From Octopus bimaculoides (taxonomy: Eukaryota), in the NCBI RefSeq assembly GCF_001194135.2, contig NC_069006.1, positions 22,097,712 through 22,161,711 on the forward strand: 64,000 nt of DNA. Reading direction: 5' to 3'. The position numbers were made by a program, and so were the translations under genes. Shown here one piece after another: positions 26,214 through 39,750 of this stretch (position 1 is the first letter of the stretch; each line of letters starts with the position of its first letter). The notes under the pieces are model-generated. The model saw only the letters and a program-made list of their open reading frames with translations. It searched no databases and was not told the origin of the DNA.

Positions 26214-27055
26214 AGAGATCAATAAAGTAAGTACCAGACTAAAATAATTACTAGAGCTGATACGATCAAAACTAAAAAAAAAAAATCCATCAAGGTGGTT
26301 GCCCCAGCATGGCCTCAGTCCAATAATTGAAACCAACCAGTAAAAAATAAAAAAATAAATAAAGAATTTTTAAAAATGAATAAATAAAATGTGTAAAAAG
26401 AAACAAAATATAAAAATCACTCAGAAAGAAGTTGAAGGAAAAATGTAAGAAGATGAGGAGAGACTGAAAGAGGTTTTATGAAACGTAAGAAAACAAACAG
26501 AAAAACTTGGTGTATTTCTCTAAGATTTATAGGAGATTAATTGAATAAGGCTTTTGAGTAAGCAATCCTATAGAGAATAAGATATTTTTATAGTAAATAT
26601 AGACATTATTTAGTAATATTTATAACTGTTTCAATATGCCATCCACCACCTCAGCAAAATGCTGGCGGTATTGTGGGTGGTTGAGGTGGTGCTGGTGATG
26701 GTGGGCTCATAGCAGAAGTCGTAGTGGTTGGTAGTGATGGTTGTTGTGGTAGTGGTGATGATGATTGTGGTGGTGATGGTTATTGCTAGTAACCCATGGT
26801 GGTGATGTTGGTGGTGTAGGTGGTGGCTGTGGAGGTTGGTGGTAGTGGTCAGTGGTGTTGATGTTGGCAGTGGAAAATGGCAGCAGTTCTGTAATGGTAA
26901 TTAGCCATCATGCAGCAATTGTCCACTCACTCAGGATTTTCCAGATGTGGCTGGCTAGCATTTAACGAAATTGGCGCCAGCCTGATCAGTCCGAATGACC
27001 ATCAAGATGTGAAAAGTGACTGCTTATAAAATATAGATCATGGTTATGGATGCAG

Positions 27056-27109
<54 letters not shown>

Positions 27110-27479
27110 TTGTAGAGAGTGGGAAACAGAAAAAAAAGAGGAAAAGGAAATAGTAAGGAAAGAGGGGAAAAGGAAAGGGGGAGAGTAAGTAATGGGAAGA
27201 AAGTGGTAGAAGGAAAAAGAGAACAGAAAGCTTAAAGTCGTGGTGGGGAAGGGCTGAGTGACTGAAGCATTCAAAGGGAGCAGACAATATCATCTGATCA
27301 ATACATGTAATATCAATGTGAGGAGGTGGTGGGTAGATATTTCACCACACTCTTCCACTTGTGTTAAGGGTTTTCAGTTTTATATATCATTATTTATATA
27401 TAGATATCTCTGTGTGTTTATGTACATATTCATCTATCTATCTATCTATCCATCTACCTTATATGTATATCATTTAATA

Positions 27480-27690
27480 ATCAGTCATTGGACTGTGGCT
27501 ATGCTGAGGTACCACCTTGAACAGTTTAGCCAAAAACGTTTTAAGCCCAGCACTTATTCTATTGGTCTCTTATGCTTAACTGCTCAGTAATGGGGACATA
27601 AACAAACCAACACTGGTTGTCAAGTGGTGATGGAGGACAAATACAAATACACATATATATATATATATATATATATAAAAGCCCATCAAA

Positions 27691-27759
<69 letters not shown>

Positions 27760-27920
27760 ATATACATATATATGTATAAATATATACACACACACACGTA
27801 ATGAGCTTCTTTCAGGTTCCATATCCTAAATCAATTCAGTTTTGATCACCCAAAGGCTTTAGTAGAATACAGTTGCTCAAGGTGCCATATAATAGAATTG
27901 AACTGATGAGAACCACATAG
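27480..27920 (-). mobile_element. Composite CORE-like SINE with internal (TA)n/(TG)n expansion
   Basis: 3' module (CAGTCATTGGACTGTGGCTATGCTG...GGTTGTCAAGTGGTG), then microsatellite, then head, in reverse orientation. Confidence 0.65.
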
Positions 27921-28733
27921 GTGAAAAATGGGCATCTTAAACTCCCAGTCATGCACGTATGTGTNNNNNNNNNNNNNNNNNNNNNNNNNNNNNNNNNNNN
28001 NNNNNNNNNNNNNNNNNNNNNNNNNNNNNNNNNNNNNNNNNNNNNNNNNNNNNNNNNNNNNNNNNNNNNNNNNNNNNNNNNNNNNNNNNNNNNNNNNNNN
28101 NNNNNNNNNNNNNNNNNNNNNNNNNNNNNNNNNNNNNNNNNNNNNNNNNNNNNNNNNNNNNNNNNNNNNNNNNNNNNNNNNNNNNNNNNNNNNNNNNNNN
28201 NNNNNNNNNNNNNNNNNNNNNNNNNNNNNNNNNNNNNNNNNNNNNNNNNNNNNNNNNNNNNNNNNNNNNNNNNNNNNNNNNNNNNNNNNNNNNNNNNNNN
28301 NNNNNNNNNNNNNNNNNNNNNNNNNNNNNNNNNNNNNNNNNNNNNNNNNNNNNNNNNNNNNNNNNNNNNNNNNNNNNNNNNNNNNNNNNNNNNNNNNNNN
28401 NNNNNNNNNNNNNNNNNNNNNNNNNNNNNNNNNNNNNNNNNNNNNNNNNNNNNNNNNNNNNNNNNNNNNNNNNNNNNNNNNNNNNNNNNNNNNNNNNNNN
28501 NNNNNNNNNNNNNNNNNNNNNNNNNNNNNNNNNNNNNNNNNNNNNNNNNNNNNNNNNNNNNNNNNNNNNNNNNNNNNNNNNNNNNNNNNNNNNNNNNNNN
28601 NNNNNNNNNNNNNNNNNNNNNNNNNNNNNNNNNNNNNNNNNNNNNNNNNNNNNNNNNNNNNNNNNNNNNNNNNNNNNNNNNNNNNNNNNNNNNNNNNNNN
28701 NNNNNNNNNNNNNNNNNNNNNNNNNNNNNNNNN

Positions 28734-28774
<41 letters not shown>

Positions 28775-28807
28775 CACACACACACATTATATGCAGGTGT
28801 TACACAG

Positions 28808-29250
28808 GCATGGCAGTCAGGTGAAGCTGATTGCTTCGCAACCATATGGTTTCATGTTCAATCTCACTGCATGTCACCTTGGGCAAATGTCTTCTACTCT
28901 TACCTGGGATCAACCAAAACCTGGTGAGTGGATTTGGTTGACTGAAGATGAAAACTGAAGAAATTCCATTGTATGTATGTGTGTGTATGTGAGAGAGAGA
29001 GTGTGAGTGTGAGAGTATGTATATTTTTGTGCCTCCTTATCTTGACATAGCGTAGTAGTTGTAAATGAGTGTCACTCTCATACAAGCAATGTCATACAAT
29101 TCCAATATTTGGTGGAAACATGTCTAGCCATAGGGAAATATTACCTTGCTAAGAGACAGGTAAGGGTTGACAGCAAGAAGGGCATCCTACCAAAGAAAAT
29201 CTACCTCAGTAAACTTCATTCAACCATTGCAAAAAGTGATGTTCAAATGA
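28808..29250 (+). mobile_element. CORE-like SINE head joined to the LINE-like (GAT) tail
   Basis: CACCTTGGGCAAATGTCTTCTAC...GAGTGGATTTGGT..GAAACTGAAG, (TG)n, GTTGTAAATGAG..., GGTTGACAGCAAGAAGGGCATCC...ATGATGACG. Confidence 0.6.
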
Positions 29251-29582
29251 TGACGATACACACACACACACACACACACACACGCACGTGTGCACACGTG
29301 TGTATACATGAAAAAAGCTCCTGCTTCACTGGAAGACTTCAAATAATCAAAAACTGAACAAAACATGCATACATATAGATGTACATATGCATACATACAA
29401 ATACTTACACACACACGTTCATATGATTTGTTAATATATATTTCGTGTGAGCATAATCAACTTTATCAATTTCATCTGAGATTTTCCATGGACATGTCTT
29501 CCACAACACAGCATCTCACTACTTCTCACACTCCTATGTTGTCATTTTTGTGAGATTCAGCTTCCTGAAAAGAGTTTTCACA

Positions 29583-29648
<66 letters not shown>

Positions 29649-29721
29649 CACACACACACACACACATACCCAGTGCACAACCACATATATATATGAACAC
29701 ACCCTACCACACAACCATATG

Positions 29722-29769
<48 letters not shown>

Positions 29770-30508
29770 AGTACCCACTATCCACATACACATCTATATG
29801 CACACACACACACACACACATACATTTCTTAACAGGATACTGCACTACACACATCTTTTTCAATAATTCATTCTTCATTTACATGGCCAGGCAGGTAATT
29901 AGACAGTTAACCAACAAAACAATAAAAATATTTAAAATGGCCATTAATTTAATATCAGCTTTCAATGTAATAATTAAAGGTAAAAACACCTAATCATAAC
30001 TGTATAAACAATGGTTGACTTAATAACTTCATTCTGATGCTATTAGTTCGTTAGTTATGCAGATAGATCTATTAAATAAATCTACAATTGGTGATTGTGT
30101 AACAATATACTTTTGTGACTTGCTTTGCTTTTAAGCCTCATTGTCAAAAGAATTCACAATTTTTCCTATTTTTAAACCATTATTGTGGTTGTTGTTATTG
30201 AGGAAACCAATATTAAACTTTATTCTTTGGAAAATTTGCATTTTTAAAAATTCATTTTGTGAATGTTTTTTTTTTTCTTTTTGGTTGTTTTAATGGGTCT
30301 TTCTTTTCACGTTTCTTTGAACTTTGGAATTTCAATTATTTTAAGAGTGCAGAACAAAATGCTTTAAGACAGATATATACATACAGTCTGTTTGTATACA
30401 TATATACATATGCATGGATCTGTATTTTCACAGTATATATATGGAGGCACACATATATGGACATCCTGTTAAAGATATGATGATGATGTGTGTAGGTGTG
30501 TGTATACA

Positions 30509-30562
<54 letters not shown>

Positions 30563-30897
30563 AATTTGTAGTGCAATATTTGGGTTCATAGAATCCTGTA
30601 GCAGAGTAGAAGCATTGGTGTAACCATGGTGTTCTGTTGATCTGAAGAGCTAACCTTCTATATAACCATTGGTTTATAAATGTACACCAGTACTGTGCTA
30701 TGTGTAGCATGCATATTGGTGCAGACATGTAATTATTATTACATTATGAAGACTGGAACAGCCAACATCCTGCAGATATCAAGTGGTTAAATGGTTACAT
30801 TCACCTCTCATACCTACTCACCTTTTATGATTTATGTAAATTTATATATCATCATATGCTTGTCCACATAGGTCAGACAGAATCCGTCTCAGCAGAT

Positions 30898-30934
<37 letters not shown>

Positions 30935-30939
30935 CTTAC

Positions 30940-31135
30940 ATTTTACTTGTTTCAGTCATTGGACAGCAGCCATGCTGGGACACCACCTTGAAGTACTTTT
31001 AGTTGAATGAATCGACCGCGTTTTTTTAAAGCCTGGTACTTATTCTACCAATCTCTTTTGCCAAACCACTAAGTTACGGGGACATAAACACACCCGCACC
31101 AGTTGTCAAGTGGGTGGTGGGGGACACAGACACAT

Positions 31136-31189
<54 letters not shown>

Positions 31190-31310
31190 GGTTTCTTCCA
31201 GTTTTCATCTACCAAATCCACTCACAAGGCTTTGGTTGGCCCAAGACTATAGTCGAAGACACTTGCCCAAGGTACCACTCACTGGGACTGAACCCTAAAC
31301 CATGAATATG

Positions 31311-31363
<53 letters not shown>

Positions 31364-31500
31364 GTATATATATGTATATATCCACTGACAAGGATTTGGT
31401 TGGCCTGGGGATAATTGAGCAGGTACTTGCCCAAGGTGTCACACAGTGAGACTGAACTGAAGACCATGTGGTTGGGAAGCAAACATTTTATCACACATCC
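30940..31500 (-). mobile_element. Cluster of CORE-like SINE copies (one composite, one head only)
   Basis: TTTTACTTGTTTCAGTCATTGGACAGCAGCCATGCTGGG...; CTACCAAATCCACTCACAAGGCTTTGGTTGGCCC...CACTTGCCCAAGGT; second head at 31380-31500. Confidence 0.75.
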
Positions 31501-31811
31501 AGGCTTGTTCCTATTAAAAAGAATTATATAATGCAATAAATAACAAAAAAAAAATATATGGGGTTTTTGTGATGACATGTAATAAATCAAATTTAGTAGT
31601 CTGTATATGTAATAAGAAGTGATTAGTTCAGTGGGTCTTAGGTCACAGAGAAACAGAAATTGTGGTTAGAATCCGAGTGGGAATGGAGAGTTAAGTGGAG
31701 GGTGTGTGGTGTCTGTTAAAAATATGTTCATTGGTGAAGTGGATATACTATGTTAATGTTGGATAAAAACAAGAAATGGGAATATATATATAAGTGTATA
31801 AATTGTGTCTT

Positions 31812-31850
<39 letters not shown>

Positions 31851-32559
31851 TGTGTTGATTTACTCACAAGAAACAATAAATTACAAAACTTAATACAAAT
31901 GTATGGTATTCTTTGATACAACATAACTGAAAGGCTCTGATTTCTAGTACTCAGAGTAATTTATTTCTGATCATCAGCTGGTAAATCAGTCCTGGTTTTC
32001 TTTTGAAATATGCACTGTCTGAATATTTTTTGAAATAGAAGTTTGAAAAAAATGCTTATCTTTTGGTTCTTCTGTTTGAAAACCTTTGTGAATGGCATGT
32101 GCAAAAACAGCTGCTCCAAGCTCATGCTTTTGATTTCATTTCTGGTTCTCGTGATAATATTATTATAAATGTCTTAAACTCCATACAAGTGAAGTCATGA
32201 AATTGTGTTGCTGTTTAAGCAATGTGTCAAAGTTATACTTTGAAGTAATACTTTTAATTAATGAACCTGAGAAAACACATGCATATACATATGCACATAT
32301 TGACATGCACCCAGACATATTAAAATATACATCAATAAAGCCTATTGATCAAATATTTTGAAATGAATGTTTTTTTCCTGAACAAGAATGAAATTCAAGG
32401 TGGCTTGTATTTGCATAGAAGATACTTAGCCTCATGCATACAAGGCTTAACAGCTCAGTTCTTTTGTTCAAACTACAACTGCCTTGAGTCAAAATTCTCA
32501 ATTTTCACTCAAACAAAGGTCACACTGCATCTTTGATTTGAAGCTCCAATTCTTGTATG

Positions 32560-32765
32560 GTTGCAAGATAAAATCATTAGCAAGCCAGATAAAATGCTTA
32601 GCAGTATTTCTTCTGACTTTATGTTCCAAGTTTAAGTTCTATCAAGGTTGTCATTGCCTTTCATCCTTTTGATGTTAGTTTCATAAAGTACCAGTTAAGC
32701 AGTGGTGTTGATGAAATTGACTAGCCCCCTACCCACAATTTCAAACCTTGTGCTTTTAGGAAAAA
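32560..32765 (+). mobile_element. tRNA-derived SINE (second family)
   Basis: AAAATGCTTAGCAGTATTTC...GTTCCAAGTTTAAGTTC...TTGCCTTTCATCCTTTTGATG...AAAGTACCAGTT. Confidence 0.7.
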
Positions 32766-35461
32766 AGATTATTAAGATAATGTTTTATAGCCATATACAT
32801 CCCTCGTTCTTTAATCATAACCTGCTTTATAAATAAGGGGCTTCTTACTCTACACATCATTCATGGAGACAGTGAATTATTCCTTGATATAAACACAGCA
32901 ACACCGGTTGTATAGCAGTGGCAAGGAACACACACACACACACACACACACACATTTATATGACAGGCTTCTTTCAATTTTGGTCTACCAAATCCACTCA
33001 CAAGGCTTTGGTTGGCCTGAGGTGCCATGCAATTTATATAGTTAGTACAGCATAGCAATAATTTTAATGGTTTCTAAAAGACGAGGTTTTTATATCTGTC
33101 AACTAGATACAGTGACAGTAGAAAATTTACAGATATACTCTGTAATACCAAAATAGTAATATGGTTATAAAGTAATTAACTTCAGTGTTTTTATTATTTA
33201 AAGTTATTGTAACTCAACAAGTTGACTTAGGGGTGGGAATGCATGGTGAGTAAATGGTTTAATTTTCTAATACATCTCTCTTTGTTTTATTTCTATTTAT
33301 TAATATCTGTCTCATTTTCAAATTCATCTACTTTCTTGAGAAAAAAGAAAAAATAAGAAATAATCTCANNNNNNNNNNNNNNNNNNNNNNNNNNNNNNNN
33401 NNNNNNNNNNNNNNNNNNNNNNNNNNNNNNNNNNNNNNNNNNNNNNNNNNNNNNNNNNNNNNNNNNNNNNNNNNNNNNNNNNNNNNNNNNNNNNNNNNNN
33501 NNNNNNNNNNNNNNNNNNNNNNNNNNNNNNNNNNNNNNNNNNNNNNNNNNNNNNNNNNNNNNNNNNNNNNNNNNNNNNNNNNNNNNNNNNNNNNNNNNNN
33601 NNNNNNNNNNNNNNNNNNNNNNNNNNNNNNNNNNNNNNNNNNNNNNNNNNNNNNNNNNNNNNNNNNNNNNNNNNNNNNNNNNNNNNNNNNNNNNNNNNNN
33701 NNNNNNNNNNNNNNNNNNNNNNNNNNNNNNNNNNNNNNNNNNNNNNNNNNNNNNNNNNNNNNNNNNNNNNNNNNNNNNNNNNNNNNNNNNNNNNNNNNNN
33801 NNNNNNNNNNNNNNNNNNNNNNNNNNNNNNNNNNNNNNNNNNNNNNNNNNNNNNNNNNNNNNNNNNNNNNNNNNNNNNNNNNNNNNNNNNNNNNNNNNNN
33901 NNNNNNNNNNNNNNNNNNNNNNNNNNNNNNNNNNNNNNNNNNNNNNNNNNNNNNNNNNNNNNNNNNNNNNNNNNNNNNNNNNNNNNNNNNNNNNNNNNNN
34001 NNNNNNNNNNNNNNNNNNNNNNNNNNNNNNNNNNNNNNNNNNNNNNNNNNNNNNNNNNNNNNNNNNNNNNNNNNNNNNNNNNNNNNNNNNNNNNNNNNNN
34101 NNNNNNNNNNNNNNNNNNNNNNNNNNNNNNNNNNNNNNNNTATATATATATATATATATATGCATATACATTAAGAGAGAGAGAATTGTAGTTTATGAAA
34201 TAATTTCATTTGCATCAGAAATTGCATCTTTGCTCATCCTCCCACTCTTTGATAAGAAACCTTATTAACCCTTAACGTTCATAGGTAAGGTAAAAACCAT
34301 ACAATTTTCATATTTTTCAATTGTATGTATGTACATATATGTGTGTGATATTTGTGAGAGAGAGATAGAGAGAGAAAGTGTGTGTGTGTGTTTGAATGCT
34401 TGTGTGTGCATGTGCAAATTGCCATATTAAATTTATTTTTTTCACTGCTAACATTGGGTAAGATAGGATTATTTGTGAAATTTTTCACGTCTGTACATCT
34501 GCATATTAGTGTTCTACAGCTGGTATATATCTGCAAACTGAACTTGAAAGAAAAAAAAATGCACTAAGGCTTCTCCATGATGGAAATGTATTCCATACAA
34601 ACACACACATACAAAATAATCATAAATGAAAACATAAATGCAAACATGCACACACACAAATATATATATATATATATATNNNNNNNNNNNNNNNNNNNNN
34701 NNNNNNNNNNNNNNNNNNNNNNNNNNNNNNNNNNNNNNNNNNNNNNNNNNNNNNNNNNNNNNNNNNNNNNNNNNNNNNNNNNNNNNNNNNNNNNNNNNNN
34801 NNNNNNNNNNNNNNNNNNNNNNNNNNNNNNNNNNNNNNNNNNNNNNNNNNNNNNNNNNNNNNNNNNNNNNNNNNNNNNNNNNNNNNNNNNNNNNNNNNNN
34901 NNNNNNNNNNNNNNNNNNNNNNNNNNNNNNNNNNNNNNNNNNNNNNNNNNNNNNNNNNNNNNNNNNNNNNNNNNNNNNNNNNNNNNNNNNNNNNNNNNNN
35001 NNNNNNNNNNNNNNNNNNNNNNNNNNNNNNNNNNNNNNNNNNNNNNNNNNNNNNNNNNNNNNNNNNNNNNNNNNNNNNNNNNNNNNNNNNNNNNNNNNNN
35101 NNNNNNNNNNNNNNNNNNNNNNNNNNNNNNNNNNNNNNNNNNNNNNNNNNNNNNNNNNNNNNNNNNNNNNNNNNNNNNNNNNNNNNNNNNNNNNNNNNNN
35201 NNNNNNNNNNNNNNNNNNNNNNNNNNNNNNNNNNNNNNNNNNNNNNNNNNNNNNNNNNNNNNNNNNNNNNNNNNNNNNNNNNNNNNNNNNNNNNNNNNNN
35301 NNNNNNNNNNNNNNNNNNNNNNNNNNNNNNNNNNNNNNNNNNNNNNNNNNNNNNNNNNNNNNNNNNNNNNNNNNNNNNNNNNNNNNNNNNNNNNNNNNNN
35401 NNNNNNNNNNNNNNNNNNNNNNNNNNNNNNNNNNNNNNNNNNNNNNNNNNNNNNNNNNNNN

Positions 35462-35716
35462 ATTTTTCCAACCATTATGTACATGGATTACCATTGAACT
35501 TCAAAAGCTCAAAGACAATATAATGTATTGGTATATTTATTTTTGTATATATCATTTTTTTTTAATATTATTTTCTTCATTTTGTACTTCTTTGTAAAAA
35601 ACATTTTCATTCTCCCTCTTCTTGAAAATTTGCTACGCAAAGAAAGCCGGTTAGAAATCTTTATTAAAATATGCTTCCAGTTTAGCATTCTGCCTAATTA
35701 TTATTTTTCATTTTCC
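35462..35716 (-). mobile_element. Unclassified AT-rich element terminal arm, between a gap and (TA)n
   Basis: Copy of 5155-5392. Confidence 0.75.
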
Positions 35717-36604
35717 TATATATATATATATATATATATATGAGTAAGTGATGAAAATTTCCTGGCTTTAAGGGTATTGCAAAAGGCATGGTTGGCAGTC
35801 CAACATTCTGAGTTCTTTTTCAGGGCTTAGAGAAACTAAAGGACTGTTGCAATAAGTGTGTGAATCTGAGAGGGGAATATATTCAATAAAATCATAACTA
35901 ACTGATCCTCCTGAATTTTCTTTTACCCAAAGCCAGGAACTTTTCAGCATCGCCTCATATGTGTGTGTGTGTGCATACACAGATACATGTAAATTTGCTA
36001 AGTGCCATGCACAAAACTCTCGCATCTTATGTCACATTTGTAACTTTCCAATTAAAAATAATATAACGGTGGTGCCCCAGAATGACTGCAGCTTTGAAGG
36101 TGAAACATTTTAAAGAATTAAATATACACACAGGTATATAGTACACTTACCTATATACATCTATCTCCATTATATACACATTAGATATAAACATTATATA
36201 TATCTTGCTCATACACTATACATATATATATAAACACACACACACATACACACACTGCATATACTCCTGTGTTTCATCATTGTTTTTGTCATCACTTTAC
36301 CATTATGCCCATTTATTCAATGCTAGCATGAGTCAGACAAAATTTGAGGCAGATATCCTATACCAAGATGTTCTTTCTGTGACCAACCCTCATCTGTTTC
36401 CAAGCAAGTAATATTTCCCCATGGCTGGATATGTTTCCATGGAAGACTGGATGAATGGTTTATTCAAATGAATTGACACCAGTATGCATTTTAAGTTTAG
36501 TTTTATTCTATTGGTCTCTTCCTAAGTTACAGGGATGTAAACAAACCAACATTGATTGTCAAGTAGTGGGGCGTAACATACACAGAGGCAAATACACATA
36601 TGTA

Positions 36605-36705
36605 CATCATCATCATCATCATCATCGTTTAACGTCAGCTTTCCATGCTAGCATGGGTTGGACGATTTGACTGAGGACTGGTGAAACCGGATGGCAACAC
36701 CAGGC

Positions 36706-36706
<1 letters not shown>
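36605..36706 (-). mobile_element. Young 5'-truncated copy of the (GAT)n-tailed retroelement
   Basis: Reverse complement nearly identical to 133-232. Confidence 0.8.
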
Positions 36707-36756
<50 letters not shown>

Positions 36757-36759
36757 ATT

Positions 36760-36900
36760 TACTACCAAATTCACACTTAAGGCACTCAGAGAAAGAGAGA
36801 GAGAGAGAGCAGAAGACACCTGCCCAAAGTGCCACACAATGGAACTGAACCCAAAACCAAATGGCTGCAAAGCAAGCTTCTTAACCATACAGCCATGTTA
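36760..36900 (-). mobile_element. CORE-like SINE head
   Basis: CTACCAAATTCAC...GAAGACACCTGCCCAAAGTGCCACACAATGGAACTGAACCC...GCAAGCTTCTTAACCATACAGCCA. Confidence 0.7.
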
Positions 36901-37446
36901 TAGTCCTTTAATACAATATGGTGTTACAAAGTATCATTCCATTTTTTTTTTTCTTGAAATAATATAGTGTGTTATGAAGGCATTATAGTTGCTACTTTTA
37001 GTGATCCTAACATAAAGAAGCCGTTTCATGGCTTACTTGGCTTACAAGAATGTGATAAAATCTTGCATTCTGTCAGTTATGACCATGAGGGTTCCAGTTG
37101 ATCCAATCAATGAAACAACCTGCTTTTGAAATTAACATGCAAGTGGCTGAGTGCTCCACAGACACACATACTCTTCATGCTGTCCTCAGGGAGATTCAGT
37201 GTGATACAAAATGTGACAAGGCTGACCATTTGAAATACAGGTACTACTCATTTTTGCTAGCTGAGTGGACTTTAATAGGAGCCAGAGATGCTATCAACGG
37301 GATTGAACCCAGAGCTGCATGGCAGCGAAACAAACTAGTTGATTACACAGTCATATCTAGTTAGTAGAATGGAAAACTCAAACTATTCAAGTATTATTAT
37401 ATGTATATTTTATATATATATTGGAGGCAATGGAAGATAAAGAAGT

Positions 37447-37490
37447 TAATACCTGTAAGTTGAAAAGTAAAATTGAAAAAGAAAAAGTAT
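37447..37490 (-). promoter_or_regulatory. Strong 3' splice site directly followed by GT (CAG|GTATTA): possible recursive splice site
   Basis: Minus strand ACTTTTTCTTTTTCAATTTTACTTTTCAACTTACAG|GTATTA; about 80 nt AG-free upstream; donor is non-optimal. Confidence 0.3.
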
Positions 37491-38831
37491 TTTCATTTAA
37501 AAAATATATTAATATATATATATATTGATTTTAAGCTTAAATATTATTATCAACTGAAAATTAGGTTTGATATGAAGAAATAGGAAACATTATATAGTTA
37601 TTCTCATTATTATTGCTGTTATTAAAGCATTATTATTATCATTGCCATAATTATTATTACTATTATTATTATCATCATATCATTCAACTGTTCATTTGTG
37701 AGGAGTTGAAATGATAATGGCATGAAAAAATGGAAGAAAAAAGGGAAAGTAATACTGACGTGTGTGTGTGCAAAATATATACATATACATACATACATAT
37801 ATATACACATAGAATATATACATGTGTGTATATATATATGTACATACACTTACACACACATACATATGCATACACACACATACATACATCTTGTATCAAT
37901 TTATTAATGTATGAAACAACAACCACCAAAACGAACTGTGTACATTCGTCATTCATTTCAGAACTGTTATATAGCTGCAATGTTATATTATTAACATACT
38001 AAGTTTGAATGAATATCAAGTACAAGAGAATAATATTCTTAGAATATTTATTATTTTTGAAAACATTTTTTTTGTATGTTATTATTGCTATATATTTTTT
38101 CGATGGTACTAATTCATTTAACGGAGGAAATTGCATTATACTGTCCATATAAATTACATATGAACAAAAGTTTAGTGCTTTCTAAATTTATGAAGAAGAA
38201 AAGCAAAACAATAAAATAAAATAAAAGTCTATGAAAAATGAAAAAAAAATAAAATAAAATTCAAAAATAAATTATAAGCTAAAAAAAAACATATATGAAA
38301 TAAAATAAAGGTTTCACCTTAATAAAAATGTTTTATACAATAAATAACCTAAGCTAAGTTAATAAAAATAAATAAGATGCATTCATCCGATTCAATGACA
38401 GATGACACAAAATCAATTCAAAAACAATGTAAAACAAGAGAAAAAAAACTGGCAGAAAACGCAAAACAAAAATCATAACAAAACAAAACAAAAGGGAAAT
38501 AAGAAAATCATCAAATTAGATTTCAATAATAATAATAGTAGTAGTAATAACCATGATGATAATGAAAGTGGAAAATATTTTTCTTAGCTTCATTACATTG
38601 CCTCTTTCTTAGAAACAATACTTGTAATCACAAACTATTGTATTATTTCAGTTGATAGGCCTCTACTCAAGCACATAACGGATTTGGCTTTGAGGGCTAT
38701 TTATTTGTTGCTAAGAATGGAATATACATACATATATATATATATATATATACACATACATACACACATATATACATATATATATATATACATATATATA
38801 TATACATACATACACACATATATATATACAC

Positions 38832-38885
<54 letters not shown>

Positions 38886-39359
38886 CATGAACTAGTACTA
38901 AATCTGCCATGTAAAGTAATGTCATACATTTCGTACAGTTCCTTTTCTTTCTTTTGCTTTTACTCCTCTCACTACTTACCCACTTTTTTTTTTCATAAAG
39001 ATTATCACCTAATTCATTATGGCCTGTCTCTTTCATCGGTGTATTTATTTTCATTGGACACATTCTACCATTGCTTTTATTTTGCTTCATATGCAAATGC
39101 TTTTTAGTGACACATGCTTTGCTTACCTAACTTTATGTATATTTGTTTTTGGATGATAGATCTAATCCATTGTTCAGTTTAACCAGACCCTTTGGCTTTT
39201 TAGTTGCACTGTGTGCAACTATTCAGACCAGGTCTTCAATATGAGGATAACCGCTTCCCATTTTTCAACCAGTTATGCAAGCTCTGAAAGAATGGGAGTC
39301 ATTGATAGGGGGTGGTGCTAATCTTCCTGACTAAGTGGTAGCTTTTTTCTTCTTTTACC

Positions 39360-39750
39360 TGCTTCAGTCATTAGACTGTGGCCATACTGAGGAACTGCCT
39401 TGAATGGTTTTAGTCTAAAAGATTGACCCTGGAACTTTTTTATGTTTTTGATATTTGGTAGTTATTCTATTGGTCTCTTTAGGTAAGCTTCTACAATATG
39501 GTGACATAGGCAAACCAACATTGATTGTCAAGTGGGCAGAGGGACACAGAGGAACAAAGATACGCACACACATGCACATATACATACATACATGATGGGT
39601 TTCGACATGGTCTCTGTCTACAAAATTCGCTAACAAAGCACTGATCAACTGAAGGCTATAATAGATGACATTTGGCCAAAGTGTCATGAAGAGAGGCTGA
39701 ACCCTAAACTACATGAGTGCAAAGCAAGCTTCTTAACCACACAGCCATGA
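39360..39750 (-). mobile_element. Composite CORE-like SINE
   Basis: 3' module, (CA/TA)n and head in reverse orientation. Confidence 0.65.

Noticed and set aside
30810-30825. Tandem minus-strand donors AAG|GTGAGTAG|GTATGA
   Set aside because: No upstream acceptor or open frame to define an exon.
34262-34295. Plus-strand CCCTTAAC...CATAG|GTAAGG resembling a U12 branch point plus AG|GT
   Set aside because: No poly-Y tract and no U12 donor seen; TTAACCCTT-like words recur in this genome, so chance or a transposon end is as likely.
39461-39490. Plus-strand CTCTTTAG|GTAAGC ratchet-like motif
   Set aside because: Lies inside a SINE 3' module (mutated TTATTCTATTGGTCTCTTT...); repeat-derived and on the opposite strand.
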